A stretch of DNA of 60,457 nucleotides, filler included, from Dirinaria sp. TL-2023a (GCA_051941275.1; 9 parts of 9 records of this genome joined end to end with filler, not necessarily neighbours in it), one strand, 5' to 3'. Numbered from the whole stretch's first letter, positions 24,738 through 37,904 are shown. Translations and numbers: made by a program. Notes: a model not told the origin generated them from the letters alone.

Positions 24738-26183
24738 ATGTAAGTCGATGCTGACCTCGCCAATGTCGTCATTCTGTGCTCATGCTATCCACAGGCAGAT
24801 CACCATCTCCATCACCGCCCCCGAGGGCACCCTTGACCAGGACCTCCTTACGATTGATGTTGGGCCGGACATGACCATCGCCGACCTCAAAGCCTACATA
24901 CAGAGCGACACCAACGTCCCTCCAGCCGCGCAAAGCCTCTATCACAATGGGCAAGAGCTGCGTGATGAGACCAAAACTCTGAGTCACTGTCAGGTCAAAG
25001 AAAACGACATGCTAGCTATGCTTGTCAAGAGCTCCCGAGCGCCTACCGGTGCAGCTAGGGGAGCCGGGCAGAGTCAAGCGAGAGCGCCGCGTATGCCTGA
25101 ACGTAGCCAGGCTGACCGAAGAGGTATCGGGGAGCCAGATCCAGAGGTGATCCGGCTGCAAGCCTTAGCCGAGCCTCGTCGCCTCGATCAAATTAGGCTA
25201 CAAAATCCAGAGCTAGCGGATGCGGTGCAGGATAAAGATCGCTTTCGTCAAGCTTGGGAAGCCATGGCGCGGCAGGCGTACGAGAGAGAAGCCGAGAAGC
25301 AACGTGAGCTTGCACTATTGAACGCTGATCCCTTCAACATTGAGGCACAAAGGAAAATTGAAGAGATTATCCGGCAACAGCGTGTCGAGGAGAATTTGCA
25401 AAATGCACTGGACTACACCCCTGAAGGTGAGCGTGTTAGCGGCCAAGTGAGCGATTTATGCATGCTCATTCGCTTCTGCTTCTAGCTTTCGGCAGAGTGC
25501 ATATGTTGTACATTGATGTGGAGGTCAACAACAACAAGGTCAAAGCTTTCGTTGACTCTGGTGCTCAAGCCACAATCATGTCTCCCGATTGCGCGGAGAA
25601 GTGCGGGATCATGCGCCTGATCGATAAACGATACGCAGGCATAGCGAAAGGTGTCGGCACAGCTAAGATCCTGGGACGAGTCCATTCTGCCCAAATCAAG
25701 ATTGGCGACATGTTTCTGGCTTGCAGTTTCACCGTCATGGAGGGTAAAGATGTCGACCTCTTGCTCGGTCTTGACATGTTGAAGCGACATCAAGCATGCA
25801 TCGATCTGCAGAAAGGCAAGCTGGTTATCCGGAACGTCGAAGTACCTTTTCTGGGCGAAGCCGAAATACCTAAGCATGAAGAACTCATCGCGAACGAGCC
25901 GACTGTCGAAGGACCGGGAGGCATGAAGACCGGCGCTATATCTGGCGCTGTATCTGGAGCAAGCGCCAACAACTTTAAAGGCCAAGGGCAAACGCTCGGG
26001 GGAGCCGCAAGGCCGTCAAACCCATCTCAAACCCCAACAGGTTCTGTAGCGACAGGTTCCTCTTTCCCAGCCGGGGATATTGCCCGGCTTATGGAGATGG
26101 GATTCTCACGAGAAGAAACCATTCACGCTTTGGAGATTGCTGAAGGGAATGTTGAGGCAGCTGCCGGCCTACTATTCGGATGA
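24738..26183 (+). CDS. DDI1: DNA damage-inducible protein 1 (UBL, retroviral-like aspartic protease, UBA)
   Basis: N-terminal [43 protein letters not shown] and a C-terminal UBA (LMEMGFSRE). Introns 24740-24794 (splits the ATG) and 25427-25485. Confidence 0.96.
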
Positions 26184-26864
26184 TCCGAAGAGAAATCTAC
26201 GTACAACATAGCATTGAGGGGCGTTCTGTCCAAATGAGAGTAGCATTTGGTAACGTGGGGAGTTGATCTAAAGCCAGAGGTAGGTGTAAGAGTGAGAGGG
26301 TTCGTTATGAACGTACTGGTGGTGTAAGAGGTTGCTGGAGAAGCTTACTATTGTAATTCCATATTCGAGCATTATTAGTAGTACTATTGGCGCTCCACAT
26401 TCCTCCATCGCTTTTGGTATGGATCCTCTTTCGATGCCAACTCTACAAGCTCACGATATTGAAGGTAGTTTGCGAACCCAAAGAGAGTATCCCATATCCC
26501 TGCAAGTATGTGTGCTCATTCCATCAATGCATTGCTTCATTGCTATTTCTTCATCGTGAAGTGCTTTGAAAATTCTCTTGAGACATTTGTCTATTTGAAA
26601 TTGGCGCGTCAATGGTCAACCGGCCCATCGTCATTTCATTGATACAGAATTGCCATGAGCTGCTGGTGCGCTTGAAATTGGCAGCCTGCCAGAGCACCGG
26701 AAACAGTGCTGATAGGTGGTCATGAGGGTACTGTGAAGAGCAATAGATTTTGTACCTGTAGCCATCACTTACATAGCAACCCCACCTCCAAATCCCAAAA
26801 ATAAACAAAAGAAAAAAAGAAAAAAAAAAAAAAAAAAAAAAAAAAAAACAAAAAAAAAAAAAAA

Positions 26865-26964
26865 NNNNNNNNNNNNNNNNNNNNNNNNNNNNNNNNNNNN
26901 NNNNNNNNTTAATTAATTAANNNNNNNNNNNNNNNNNNNNNNNNNNNNNNNNNNNNNNNNNNNN
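26865..26964. other. Artificial contig linker, preceded by a poly-A tract
   Basis: N44-TTAATTAATTAA-N44. Confidence 0.99.
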
Positions 26965-28150
26965 GGACGGCGGCAAGCCTCGTCCCCGCCAGCAGGCCCA
27001 GGCCCCAGATACACGTTTCCAACACCCGGATGCCCGTCGTCGTTTGCGGGTTGACGAGCCAGGGGATGCCCGGGGGCAGCTTCTGGATGCTCTCGACGTA
27101 CGGGCGCAGGATGCGCTCGTAGGACTCCAGCGCCGCGGGGATGTTGTGCGGCTGCTGCGAGATCTCGCCGGCGAGGATGTACGCGCCGATGAACGCGACC
27201 GAGGTGCCCATGCCTGCGAACGGCGAGACGGCATAGCCCGCGTCGCCGACCACGGTCACGCGACCGCTACTGCTCGACCAGCGATTCAGCCGCACCTGTG
27301 CAATGTGTTGCATGTAAAGGTCGTCGGACTCGTGCATGCCCTGCAGTATCCGGGGGATCTCCCAGCCGGCGTCTTGGAAGAGTTCTTGGAGCAAGGCCTT
27401 TTGCGCCAGGATGCCCTCTTTCAAAGCCTTTGCGCATCGAGCGAGTCGTTCGTCGGACTTGTCCCAAGCTGTCACGCCCATGAAAGCCCTGGTCCGGCCT
27501 ACGTTGTCTGGTCGCAGCGATATGGTTCGACCTCCCTTGACCCAATGGACTCTCGCCCACATCGAGTCTGTGTCGCCGGGTGGGATGGAGAAGTACGAGA
27601 TGTAAGAGTCCAGATCTCTGATGTGAGACTTCGAATTCCCGAACGCGAGACGACGGATTTTCGAGCCAAGCCCATCTGCAGCGACCACCAAGTCGAAAGC
27701 CGTGCTCGGTGTGCCGTTGGCAAAGTTCACGATGACTTCTTTGTCGGTTTCTTGCATGCTCTCGACCATGTCGCCGAAGATGTAGGAGGCGTCGTCCTTG
27801 GTGACATCGACGAGGATCCCTGCCAACTCCCCTCTGAGAATCTCAATGTCGCAGGTAAAGCTGTCGCCCTTGCCGGATTCGTCGACACCAAACCGCCCCA
27901 AGCACCGGTTGTTGCCGTCGACGGCCATGATACCTTCCTCGTGGGAGCTCTGGTCCCGAATGCGGTCGAAGAGGCCCATGCGCCTGATCACATCCCGAGC
28001 GCTATCGCGGATGTCAACTCCTTGACCGGTTTTTCGAAGACTCGGGGCACGCTCGACCACAGTCACTTTGCATCCGGCGCGAACGAGCCAGTAGGCAAGT
28101 GCTGGTCCAGCCACGGAGGCACCGCTAACAAGGACGCGAGGCAATGACAT
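26965..28150 (-). CDS. FAD-dependent monooxygenase/oxidoreductase (FAD_binding_3), 3' truncated
   Basis: VLVSGASVAGPALA (Rossmann fold), DLVVAADGLGS (DG motif), VVGDAGYAVSPFAGMGTS (GD motif). Intronless. Confidence 0.92.
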
Positions 28151-29152
28151 GATGATAGTTAGGGTACGAAAAGCAGCAAGCAGATGACTGTGGATGAAGC
28201 GACATTTTATGAATATGGCTGCCTATTCGAATACATACAGTCGTGTGTGCTAGGTAAAACTAGTACAGGGTTTAGGAAACCCCATTGGGGTGGCAATTCG
28301 ATGATACGTCAGGTAAAAGAGAAACACGAGGGAAACGCGCCGGCAGCGGCACAGATCCAAGTCGGTCTCGGAACGTCTGGTCCATTTCGCAGTGTATGTA
28401 GTACTTACCTACCATATGGAATTGAATTCGAGCGGGCGTTGGGTGGCATGAAGTGACGCAATGGATCAGGAATATAAAAGCTGCCGGATGCTCGATGCAG
28501 ATTAACCTCGTCTGAGAAATCCAAGTTGATTGGCTACTTTATTTCTTGAGCCGGGAAAAAAGGGGCCGAGGGGTCACATACGCTGGTTCCTGGAGGATCT
28601 TGGCACAGTTTTCAGTCTCACCTTAAGGTGTCTTAGGGTTTCTCTCCGAGCCCTAGAGTATCCGCTAAGTCAGCCTTTTGGCACCATTATTCTCATACTT
28701 ACCAAGATTTGAAAGTGATCTCCGCATTATTCCCATGTGAGAAGTCATCAAAATAGTATAGAAATTCATCGTTTTTGCGATCTTCGAAAAGATTAACATT
28801 GGAGCGTGCTCAGCGAATTTGCCGCTATGGAGGGGACACATGCCCAAGTTGCGCCGGCCACTCTGACCGAGTCAGAAGATATGAGGCTTGAGGATTCTGT
28901 AGGTATATGTTTGAGTTATTACGCCTGAGCTACTAGGGGTTCACAACAGCTTTCGCACCCCTATTCCATTGGCATTAATTGCAGTGCCGTTCGTTACCTG
29001 TCCTTTCGTCATAGCTGAGATACTCACCGGTGTACCTTCACACTATACTATCTGTCGATTTCTGCTTCGGCGTTCGAGTCTCAGAGAGGCCCTTTTCTTC
29101 CGCTCTGTTCCCCTTCCTTTCTTCATACTTTGAAAATCGATCAACCCTTTGT

Positions 29153-31224
29153 ATGTCTGAGAACCACTCTCCTTCTGTATGGTGCTTTTTCCCCCTGCTC
29201 ATCGATCATATCCAGGGCTATTCGAGCGACGACGTTGTACAACGACTACACCCAGAAAAGCTGGATTTCGATCATATCGATACCTTGGAAACATTCGCAG
29301 AAGATTTAAAAACAGCACTTGATGGCTCTTTTCCACGGTCGTCATACCCGTACAACGCTGTTCATTGTCTGCTTTTGTCATGGGAAGAGGATGACCTCAA
29401 TGTCCAAGTTGAAATAACTAAGTTGCGGAAGGTATTCGAACGACAATATAGGTAATTTAAACCAATGTTTCTTCATATTCCATCGACTGCTGTGCTGGTT
29501 TCTCTGAGGCCATTTCTTAATATGCGCCTGGAATGACCCATTCCAAGGCCTGAAAAGTAACATTGAATTTATATAACTGTCCTGATAAAAATTTCACCGA
29601 AGATTTCTGCGGATATAGCTAGCCTACGAGCTATCATGAGATGCTATCATATACGAAATTCAAGGGAAAGACGCTACATCCAAGACGATGTTGGAATTGC
29701 AATTACATCTTGTTGACGCCCTTCTTGCCATTAGGGCTCGCAGCTTGGAAAAAGCAATTTAGTTCTGGCAGTCGGTGGAATATCATAGCAGACACGCGCT
29801 CTTCAAATTGTTCCAGTGCTGACGATAGGAGTTTCAAAGATTTAAAACCGAGAAATGAAAGATACCTAGCAAACCAAACCCCACGAGGGCCTTACAAGAT
29901 AAGCTTTACGCCTTCCAAAACGCATATCAGAATGAAAACCAGTTGCTCATCGTATACTATGCGGGCCACGGAGAAGCAGATTCCCGAAGAGGCCGAAGTA
30001 TATGAAGGGCCAATCAACGTGTTAACAGCTCTTCTTTGAACTGGTCATCCCTCCAGCATCTGCTAGAGACCGCTATTCCTCACGTTCTTATTATTTTAGA
30101 TTGCTGCTTCGCTGCAAATGCTGCAAGAGACACCACCGAAGGAACTACGAAGGAGATTCTTGCTGCATGCGGTAGGGAGAATCCGACGCTTGGTGTTGGA
30201 GACAGGTCTTTCACTTCGGCATTGATTGAAGAATTGAAGGCCTTTCAATCGAAGTGAGCCACTAACACAAGATTCCAGTCGTCTAGTCGTTCTAAAGCCT
30301 TGGTACTGATGCTTCTTCAGCCCTTTCACTGTAGCAATGCTGCATAGCCGCTTGATATGCATGCGGTGGCGATTGAAATACACGCCAATTCTGGCAATGC
30401 TTTCGGAGCAAAGTGCTCCGAGCATTCATTTAGCGCCGCTTCCTGTCAAGGGGACCTCCGTACCCACAAGCGTCAAGCCTCGAGCTCTTGCAGAAACAAG
30501 GGTGCTGCTTGCGATCTCTGTGGCGCAAAACGCATTCGATCTCAACGTCACAAACTGGATGAATTGGTTGAACACAGACAGGACGCCTGCTGAGATAATG
30601 AAAATCGACGCCCGGATCGAGTCCGCTTATGAAAGCCATTCGAGTCTGATTCTTCTCTCACTGCCGACTCTCATCTGGTCGAGGATGGCCGATAGGGAAG
30701 CGTATAACTTCATCGGCTTCATCAGATCGGAGAATTTGTTCCAAAAGCCACGGATGCAGGAACCCAATGCCACCAAGGAAGAGCAGTCGCGACCCCAAGC
30801 ACGCCCCCTTCTGCAAAGCTCCTCCTATCGAGGAGCAAGTAGCAGATTTCCGATCGCAATACCAACAAAATCGCTACCAACAAAATCGCCGGCCAGAGGT
30901 TCGCGGGATAGTGGGTTTGAGGACGGACCATATGACAGCGTCTAGTCTCCTCAAGCTCCTCACTATAGTGCAATTAGTCGATGCCTCACCCAACCTGGAG
31001 CATCTTATGGCTCGCAAAACCTCACTGCAAGTGAGATCGCTAGCTTTACTAATATTGCAAAGGAGGCTGCCAAAGCTCTCGAGAATAAGGAGTATCGAGA
31101 GGAGATTCAGGCCGTTCAAGAGTACTTTAAAGTTCTATCCGAGGGCGAACAGCCAGCTGCTTTGATTAGCCTCTTGGAATATTGCACGCATGAGCTGCAA
31201 GCGTTCATTAAACATTCTTTGTAG
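29153..31224 (+). pseudogene. Caspase-like (peptidase C14-type fold) protein with a C-terminal Vts1/Smaug-like domain, interrupted by in-frame stops
   Basis: LLLSWEEDDL, LLIVYYAGHG (His), LIILDCCFAA (Cys), SFTSALIEEL, PFTVAMLHSRL. Introns 29452-29839 and about 30254-30320. In-frame TGA 29856-58, TGA 30003-05 and TAG 30943-45. The tail reads EEIQAVQEYFKVLSEGEQPAALISLL. Confidence 0.8.
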
Positions 31225-31568
31225 ACTGCCATACTAACGCTATACTCTCATACGGCGACAGCAAAAGTCACGAATCAGTAGTATGCACGCCTAACAGAGC
31301 TCTGCCGCGCTCAGCAGCATCTTTCTCTCCTTGGCTTTACTAGTGCGACAGGCATTTAGACGGTCTTCGAATGTGTAGCTGGTCCTTCGCCTTTTATTAG
31401 CTACCAGTATAAGCTACGGCACAGCGCTCCGTAATATGTTGAAACTCGTTCCAACCGCGTGTATAAATACTGCGCCCAGCAGTGTTCTTCCATCTGTCAG
31501 GGTCTCCGAAATCTACTGAGTTTGTCGCCGCCGTCAACCCCAAGGCGATCGGCCAACCTCCTGCACGT

Positions 31569-31930
31569 GCCACTTACACTGCTGGTTGGTGTGCGATCTA
31601 CATACAATGACAATGGATGAGCAAGGTGTGGGTGCCCCCACAAAAGGTAATAGCTTTGCATGCTTAAGTTGAAAGTCTCTGATACCCCTTGAAAAGCCAT
31701 CGTGATAAAGACATCGAGCTCAGCTGTGTTTTCGACGTCCAATCACCGACTGTAGAAGGTACTGGTGGAATTGCCCTACTTCCTTACTCTCACCATCGTT
31801 GCCATTGACAGCGGGCTGCGGCGGTTTAAATACTGGGGACAGAGTTGGAACAGTCAAAGTGAGCAGCACTGTTCGAAAGTTAAAGACTCCGAAAACGGAC
31901 ATAGGCTGGGACGTAGAGATTACTCGTTAA
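31569..31930 (+). pseudogene. Frameshifted remnant of a small Cys-containing fungal secreted-type domain
   Basis: Fragments ATYTAGWCAIYIQ* and RFKYWGQSWNSQSEQHCSKVKDSENGHRLG resemble from memory the GWCGVHV...FxYxGQxWxS...HC...NGxRxG domain of Pezizomycotina secreted proteins. Stops and frameshifts present. Confidence 0.35.
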
Positions 31931-32630
31931 GCCTAGAGTAATACTGCAATGATATGCATCAGTGGATGAATCCCAATACGAACAGCGTCGTTGTGTACAG
32001 TCCCTCTTTTCACTACTGCCGTCAAAAGTACCCTCCTCTCAGTTTATTCTTGTCCACTACTATTTGCAAACCAAAAGTACCGCAAAGAACAAACGAGATC
32101 TGAAAAGAAGAATATGATCGCACCTCGAAGTCATCATTTTGCATCGCAAGATTGCATTGCAAGATTGCATCGTCTTCGTCGTTCTGCGTACCCTTCTTTA
32201 TTCTGTGAGGAAGCTAGTAGTATCACGAAAAGCCACTTGCCATTGCAGGTTGAACTACTCTGCGTTATTCACACTCATTTGAAGTTCTCGGAATTAGGAG
32301 AGATAAGTTCCGCTCTGTACCGACTAGCTATGAAAAAGCTCGAGGAAATGTGTCGAAAAAGGGAAATCAGTACTTAAGTCTGTCTCGGTCTTCAATTCTC
32401 TTCAAAGCATACATTCTCCCGCTTCACACGGGTGTTATGCTTTGTCAACACATTACGTGATATTTTGAATTTGCACATTGTTTCTGCCCCCCCTGCAGAT
32501 ACCAATCACCTCAGTACGGAAGTATCCATCCAAATCGTGGTTTGACTTCCAATCTATTGTTCGTCCTTTTCTTCGATCAGGACGCCAGATTACCTCTACC
32601 ATATCATCTCCTGCTGAAAAATTTGGTAAG

Positions 32631-33440
32631 ATGGAGGAAATACCTCACCAAAAATGTCACCCAGGTCAGTGACGTTTCCTAGCAAAATGTCAAGCGCGCT
32701 GTCGTAGACTAATATTCCTAAAAGGGGTCGACCGAACGATGAAAGCATCCACCTTCCCTTACCTAACGTTACCGCCCGAGATACGCAACAAGATTATGCG
32801 ATACGCCCTAGTCCCGGGCAAGATTTACCTACACAACCCTCACCACCGTCCACGCAGAGCAAACATCTCCCCTCCTCAAAGCCCCCCTATCTCCGCCTTC
32901 CAGCTCCTAGGCACATGCAAACAAATCTACCGTGAAGGCATCACACTCTTCTACAGCGAAAACACATTCTTCCTCGCCCCAGGCCTGCTCAAATACACCT
33001 CCTTCTTCTTCAACTCCGTCATCCTTACCAACCACCGGTCTATGATCCGGCACCTAGGTCTCCGTCTCTCGCTCGAGGACTGCCCTGAGGACATCATCCA
33101 TCCGCAAATCCACAACCCAAAATTCGCGATCCGGATCCCACCGTTTCCGGACATCAATACCGAGTTCTGGCTTACGTGGACCGAGAAGGCGAGGATGCTG
33201 TTGGCCTGGTATAGAGTGCAGGTGGAGGCTGGGAATGGAGATGCTGCGACGCTGCATGTGGAGGGATTACTGTTTGCAACTGGTTCGTGTCCCGATCCGT
33301 TCTTGGCGGAGGAGTTTGAGAAAGTTGGGGATCGAGCGGGGTATTTGAAGGCGATGCTTTTTGGGGAGATCAGGAGGTCGTTGGGGGTTGCGTGGAGGAC
33401 TTTGAGCGTGGGTAGTCCTCCTCCGAGGCTGATTGGTTAG
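32631..33440 (+). CDS. F-box-like fungal hypothetical protein
   Basis: FPYLTLPPEIRNKIMRYAL and LLGTCKQIYREGITLFYSENTF. Probable short first exon from ATG 32631 with a GTCAGT...CTAAT...AAG intron. Confidence 0.75.
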
Positions 33441-33591
33441 GTGTCAGGGGATTTGGTGTAGGGTATGGAGATTTGCGAGGAATGCGATGTGCTCTAGCGA
33501 TGGCTTTCCTCGACGTGAAAACCAATATCGATGTTGGGGCCACTGGATATGATATCCTTTCTTCCTTGGGGAAGATCCAAAGAAAAAACCC

Positions 33592-33691
33592 NNNNNNNNN
33601 NNNNNNNNNNNNNNNNNNNNNNNNNNNNNNNNNNNTTAATTAATTAANNNNNNNNNNNNNNNNNNNNNNNNNNNNNNNNNNNNNNNNNNNN
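33592..33691. other. Artificial contig linker
   Basis: N44-TTAATTAATTAA-N44. Confidence 0.99.
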
Positions 33692-34035
33692 TCTCCCTCC
33701 CCTTTGACAAGCTCCAAAACCCCACCATCCCACGTCAACCCTCCCAAAACCCCATTCAAATCTCCAAAGACGGATTTCACATCCCCTACCATCAAACGCC
33801 CAGCCATAACAATCGGCAAATCGATCAAACCCAAAGAATCAAAGAACCCACGATAGAAGAGGCGATCATCGATATCGAGCACCGTGGCGCACCACAGAGC
33901 GCAGATGATGCGGATGTGATGCGTGCCGTGGGCGATTTTTTGGAAGGTGCGGATGCTGCTGTTGGTGTTTTTGGGAGTGGAGGGGGAGGGGGAGAGTTGG
34001 TTGTGCACGTTGAAGCCGCTGGCGTAGAGATCCAT
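33692..34035 (-). CDS. RCC1/BLIP-II beta-propeller protein, 5' fragment
   Basis: The start MDLYASGFNVHNQL matches the RCC1-repeat LYaxGxNxxxQL pattern. Runs into the linker. Confidence 0.65.
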
Positions 34036-34372
34036 TTGTTAAGGTTTTGTGATGAATGGGGGTTTAAGTATGAGCCAAGAGGGGGGAGGGGGTTATGGTG
34101 GTATTTCTTGGTTGGCATCTACCATGGCTATTTATGGAATCGATCGCAGGGTGTAAGACATGTTGTCAAATGTACCTTAGGTCTTGAATGCGGGTAGAGT
34201 AGGCCTTTGATGTCCTAAGGGCTTCCTAAAGTTTATGTATCTTAGGTACCCCATGCACTGGCAGCTAGGGCAGAGTATTTTCATTAAGTTTAGGAGTACA
34301 TCTATTAGATAACAGCTTGAAGCCAAAAAAAAAGGAAAAAAAAGGAAAAAAAAGAAAAGAAGAGAAAAATGT

Positions 34373-34489
34373 TGGTGCTTCGAGGACTCGAACCCCCCGC
34401 AAAAATGAATGGGTGCAGCCGTATCGGGTGGGGGTGGGACGATGGAAAGCCAAGGTTGTTCGCGGACACTTTACCGCTACACCACCACC
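34373..34489 (-). ncRNA. tRNA-like Pol III element (pseudo-tRNA or tRNA-derived RNA)
   Basis: A box TGGTGTAGCGGT, B box GGTTCGAGTCC, 3' GCACCA followed by T runs. A CCGCGAA/TTTGCGG stem encloses about 50 nt. Acceptor and D stems are imperfect and no anticodon can be assigned. Confidence 0.6.
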
Positions 34490-34971
34490 GTGCTACGTGG
34501 TAACCTCTGGCAGACTTGCCTCAATTATAATATATATACTTTATTTTAGCGTGTTGAACCCTCTCAACACATTACCTCCCAACTATTGCCAGGGACCGAG
34601 ATGATACTTATTGATTGATACTAAGTCCTTCTATTTTACATCTAAAGCTCTTACAAAATTGACATTTTTAAATGCATTTGACAAAATTTATACATTGAAC
34701 CGTGCTTTTCCCAACCTGGGGAACGAGATTTACTGGACTTTGCGCTCTTTCCATCGAGAACATTGTGCTATCTGTATGCTTGACTGAGAGCTGATGATAT
34801 CAAGTGCTTGATTTACTCCGATGGACAAGTACCTCAATGCTGACATTATCTCGATTCTTATAGCTAAAATTGCCGTACACAACGCTGGGCAAGACAACAC
34901 CCTAATACGACTTCCTTCTTAACTCATAATTAACGATACTCTGGCTGCCGCCCTCACTTTTGCCAATATCA

Positions 34972-36484
34972 TCAACGAATAACAATTCTCGTATCCACAT
35001 TGTGCATCTCATCTGGAAAGCGACAGTCGTCTCCATGGCAATTAGTTGGCTTACATTGGTGGCCTGCGAAGCAGTCTTCGTCTCCACAGTCGAGTCCCCA
35101 TCTGCAAGGAGCCATCTGCGCCACACATCGAAGCGCTGTGAGTTCTGTCTTGTTGAGCTTTGTTCCATGCTCGTGCTTACAATTCCCATAGGGGCAATGA
35201 CCTGCTAGATGATGGAAATTGCAAAGCTTTCTCGCTTTAAGGACATTGACCAAGTTTGGAGACACGACCAAAGGGGGATCGACACGTTGTCCTTTGCTGT
35301 TACGGAGAACCGAATCCTTGGACCCATTTATTCGTTGCAAGTCGACAGGTGCTCTCTCGAATGTCGAAGCGGCCGCAGCCCCTATAGCAACGGCAGAAGC
35401 CCAGGAGCCTAGCTTTGGGCTAGGTGAACCTGGAGGTGTAGCTGAAAACGACACTCTCCGCGGCGGTATCTTAGTACTCCGAAAAACGGCTGGGAACGAA
35501 CATGTTCCGAACTTCTGGACTAACTGGGACAACTCTTGTGCGAACGGCGGGCCTTCCAACATGGTAACCCGTCTATTGATCTTTTCATTTCCTGCGTAAG
35601 GTGCTAACATTCGGGCGTAACCATTGTCCGCAGAGCCTCCGAAGATAATATGTTTGCAATGAACGTCTCCAACATGCAACTTGAAAACTCCTGGTGCAGA
35701 ATTTAGCCAGAACACAACATGCATAGGAGTGGCTGCTACCTACCTCGGATCTTATCGTCGGAACACTCCTTACCATGGCCGGCATCAATGAAATCGCACG
35801 AAGGATGGCTCATGTTGAAAGCACGAAGGAAGCTCTCAAAATCTTCGCGCTGATCCACGATTTTGGCGTCGCAGTAGATCCTGCAAAGGCCTTTCATATT
35901 ACCATATATCTTGACGACCACTTCCAAGTCTTGTGGAAGAAAGGGGATCTTGGCGCTAATATATTCCAGCACCGCATGCCGAAGCAGCTGAGCTGCCATC
36001 CGGCCACCAGAACTGATGTCTTTGACAATGTGATCCAAAAACTTAATCAGGCTTATATGTAAGCTTGGCACGGCCGCAGAATTAGAGCAAGAGCCCTGAG
36101 ACAACTCACGTTCATACAGTCACCATCGATCAAAACCGAAACAAAAGCGTTGGAGTCCTGGACAGTGATCTCATCAGATATTGAACTCCAGATCCTAACA
36201 CAGCTCGCACCATCTGCCTTTGCTTGTTCTGTAATTGGGACTCGGTATCGCGAAATCGCTTATGGTACAGGTCGGAAAGTTCTTCCTGACGTTCAAGTCG
36301 GTTTTTGGTGTCTTCAAGGTTACCTGTAAGTCGGGTGACCTCGCCGATAAGGTCCTGCACCAATTTAGCATTGGTATGGACTTAATATCATGAAAATATT
36401 CCAAACCTCAACGAGCTTCTGCTTGCCGGCATCTGCTTGCTTCAATTCTTCCCACCTCTGCTCGTAGTCGACTTCAATACCCAT
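34972..36484 (-). CDS. Fungal CCCH zinc-finger protein with an N-terminal coiled coil and a NYN/PIN-like central domain
   Basis: Multi-exon. DFIDAGHGKECSDDKIR, HIIFGGSADNGYARML, CNFHHLAGHCPYGNCKHEH and CRWGLDCGDEDCFAGHQC. Confidence 0.85.
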
Positions 36485-37897
36485 TGTTCGAATTGGCAGG
36501 ATTATTGAGCTGTGTTCGGCCCTCTCCAGACATGTAAAGAATCGAGGGGACTTGAGAGCTCTAGGCACCAGCGCTCATTATATATGAGCACGCACAAATC
36601 GGGCGGAGCGAATAAATGCTCCATTGGCTGCCTCACTGCTCAGCGAACATGATTGGGTACTGAATCCGTGGTAAGCCGCTGTCAAAGCCAATTCTATGCT
36701 GTGTGACTACCTCCTAGGGAAGAATGTCACGATAATCCTGGCTGATGCTGAAACCATGCATGCGACCGCGAGTTGTCGACCCTCGATTCGTGCATCGGAA
36801 ACGGCACAAGTAACTAGTGCTTTTTGGTCAAAGAAATAAGACTTATCAACTTTTGCGATTTTCGTGTTGTAACTCGATCGAAGCGTCTAAGCCCTCGAAT
36901 AGCTAACACTCTAGATAGCCATACTCCATGCTTCTGACAGTTGATGAGGAACAGATCACATTTGCGACTTGAGATTCCATGAAACTAAGCACACTTCATA
37001 CTTGCTCTGAGGAAGTTGGAAGAGGCCAAAATGATCAACTTCTTGGACTGACAACCCACAAGTCTAGAGCCAACATTTGCAGGTCGAAGCGCGTTAGTCT
37101 GACTAGACTCTCTCAGTGTATTGACCTTGGAAACGCGTTTTCAAGTTTGAGGTATGCGTATTCGTAGCTTGTGCTTGAGCGAAGTATATCGATTCTTTCC
37201 TGACCTCCACGCTGGTATATCGATAATTTCTATGCTTTCAGAGCCGGTGCCTCCCCTGCTTGTATCCACGCAAGCGCTTACGATTTCTCCCAGCGCTCAG
37301 ACAGCCACAGCAACCCCCAGATCCGAAGACGGTACGATGCTATTAGAGATGATAGACAAAGGGAGGAATGATGAGGATTTGTGCCTGAGCAATCCTAAAT
37401 TGTCAATTTTGATCGAATGTAGATTTGCTAGTCACCGGTTTCTGGTGGGGCGAGGGGGCCTGCATGTCTAGAACTCGAGACTACATAGTGTCCAATTCTA
37501 TTGGATTAGCGACTACCGTATGTAGTGATGAGGCTATAGCTGCATATGAGATCTGTTACGTATCAACAGATGTGTCTTCTTGCCGTTGAATTCTTTCGCC
37601 AAATATCATCAACGACTAGATTGTTGAGGAAAGTATCTAGGCGAACATAAGGTAGGTAGATTGTAGGACGCCTTTACGTCACCGGATCTTGAAGCTTGGG
37701 CTATGGAGAATAGTTTCGCCATTGCCGAGCCACGCAGTACAAACAATTGACCAATGAGCCGATTGTCCAATCTGGCCAGCTGGATTTTCCGCAAATTTGT
37801 GCGGGGGAAAATTCACTAACAATGGTCGTGCAGGAAAATTGAATTTGACATATGCAGGCACATGTCAAATTCTTCTTTTTGGCTTGACCCTTCGTTG

Positions 37898-37904
37898 TGA
37901 CTCA
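37898..37904 (+). promoter_or_regulatory. Gcn4/CpcA response element
   Basis: Perfect TGACTCA about 180 bp upstream of the homocitrate synthase ATG, as expected for an amino-acid biosynthesis gene. Confidence 0.6.
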
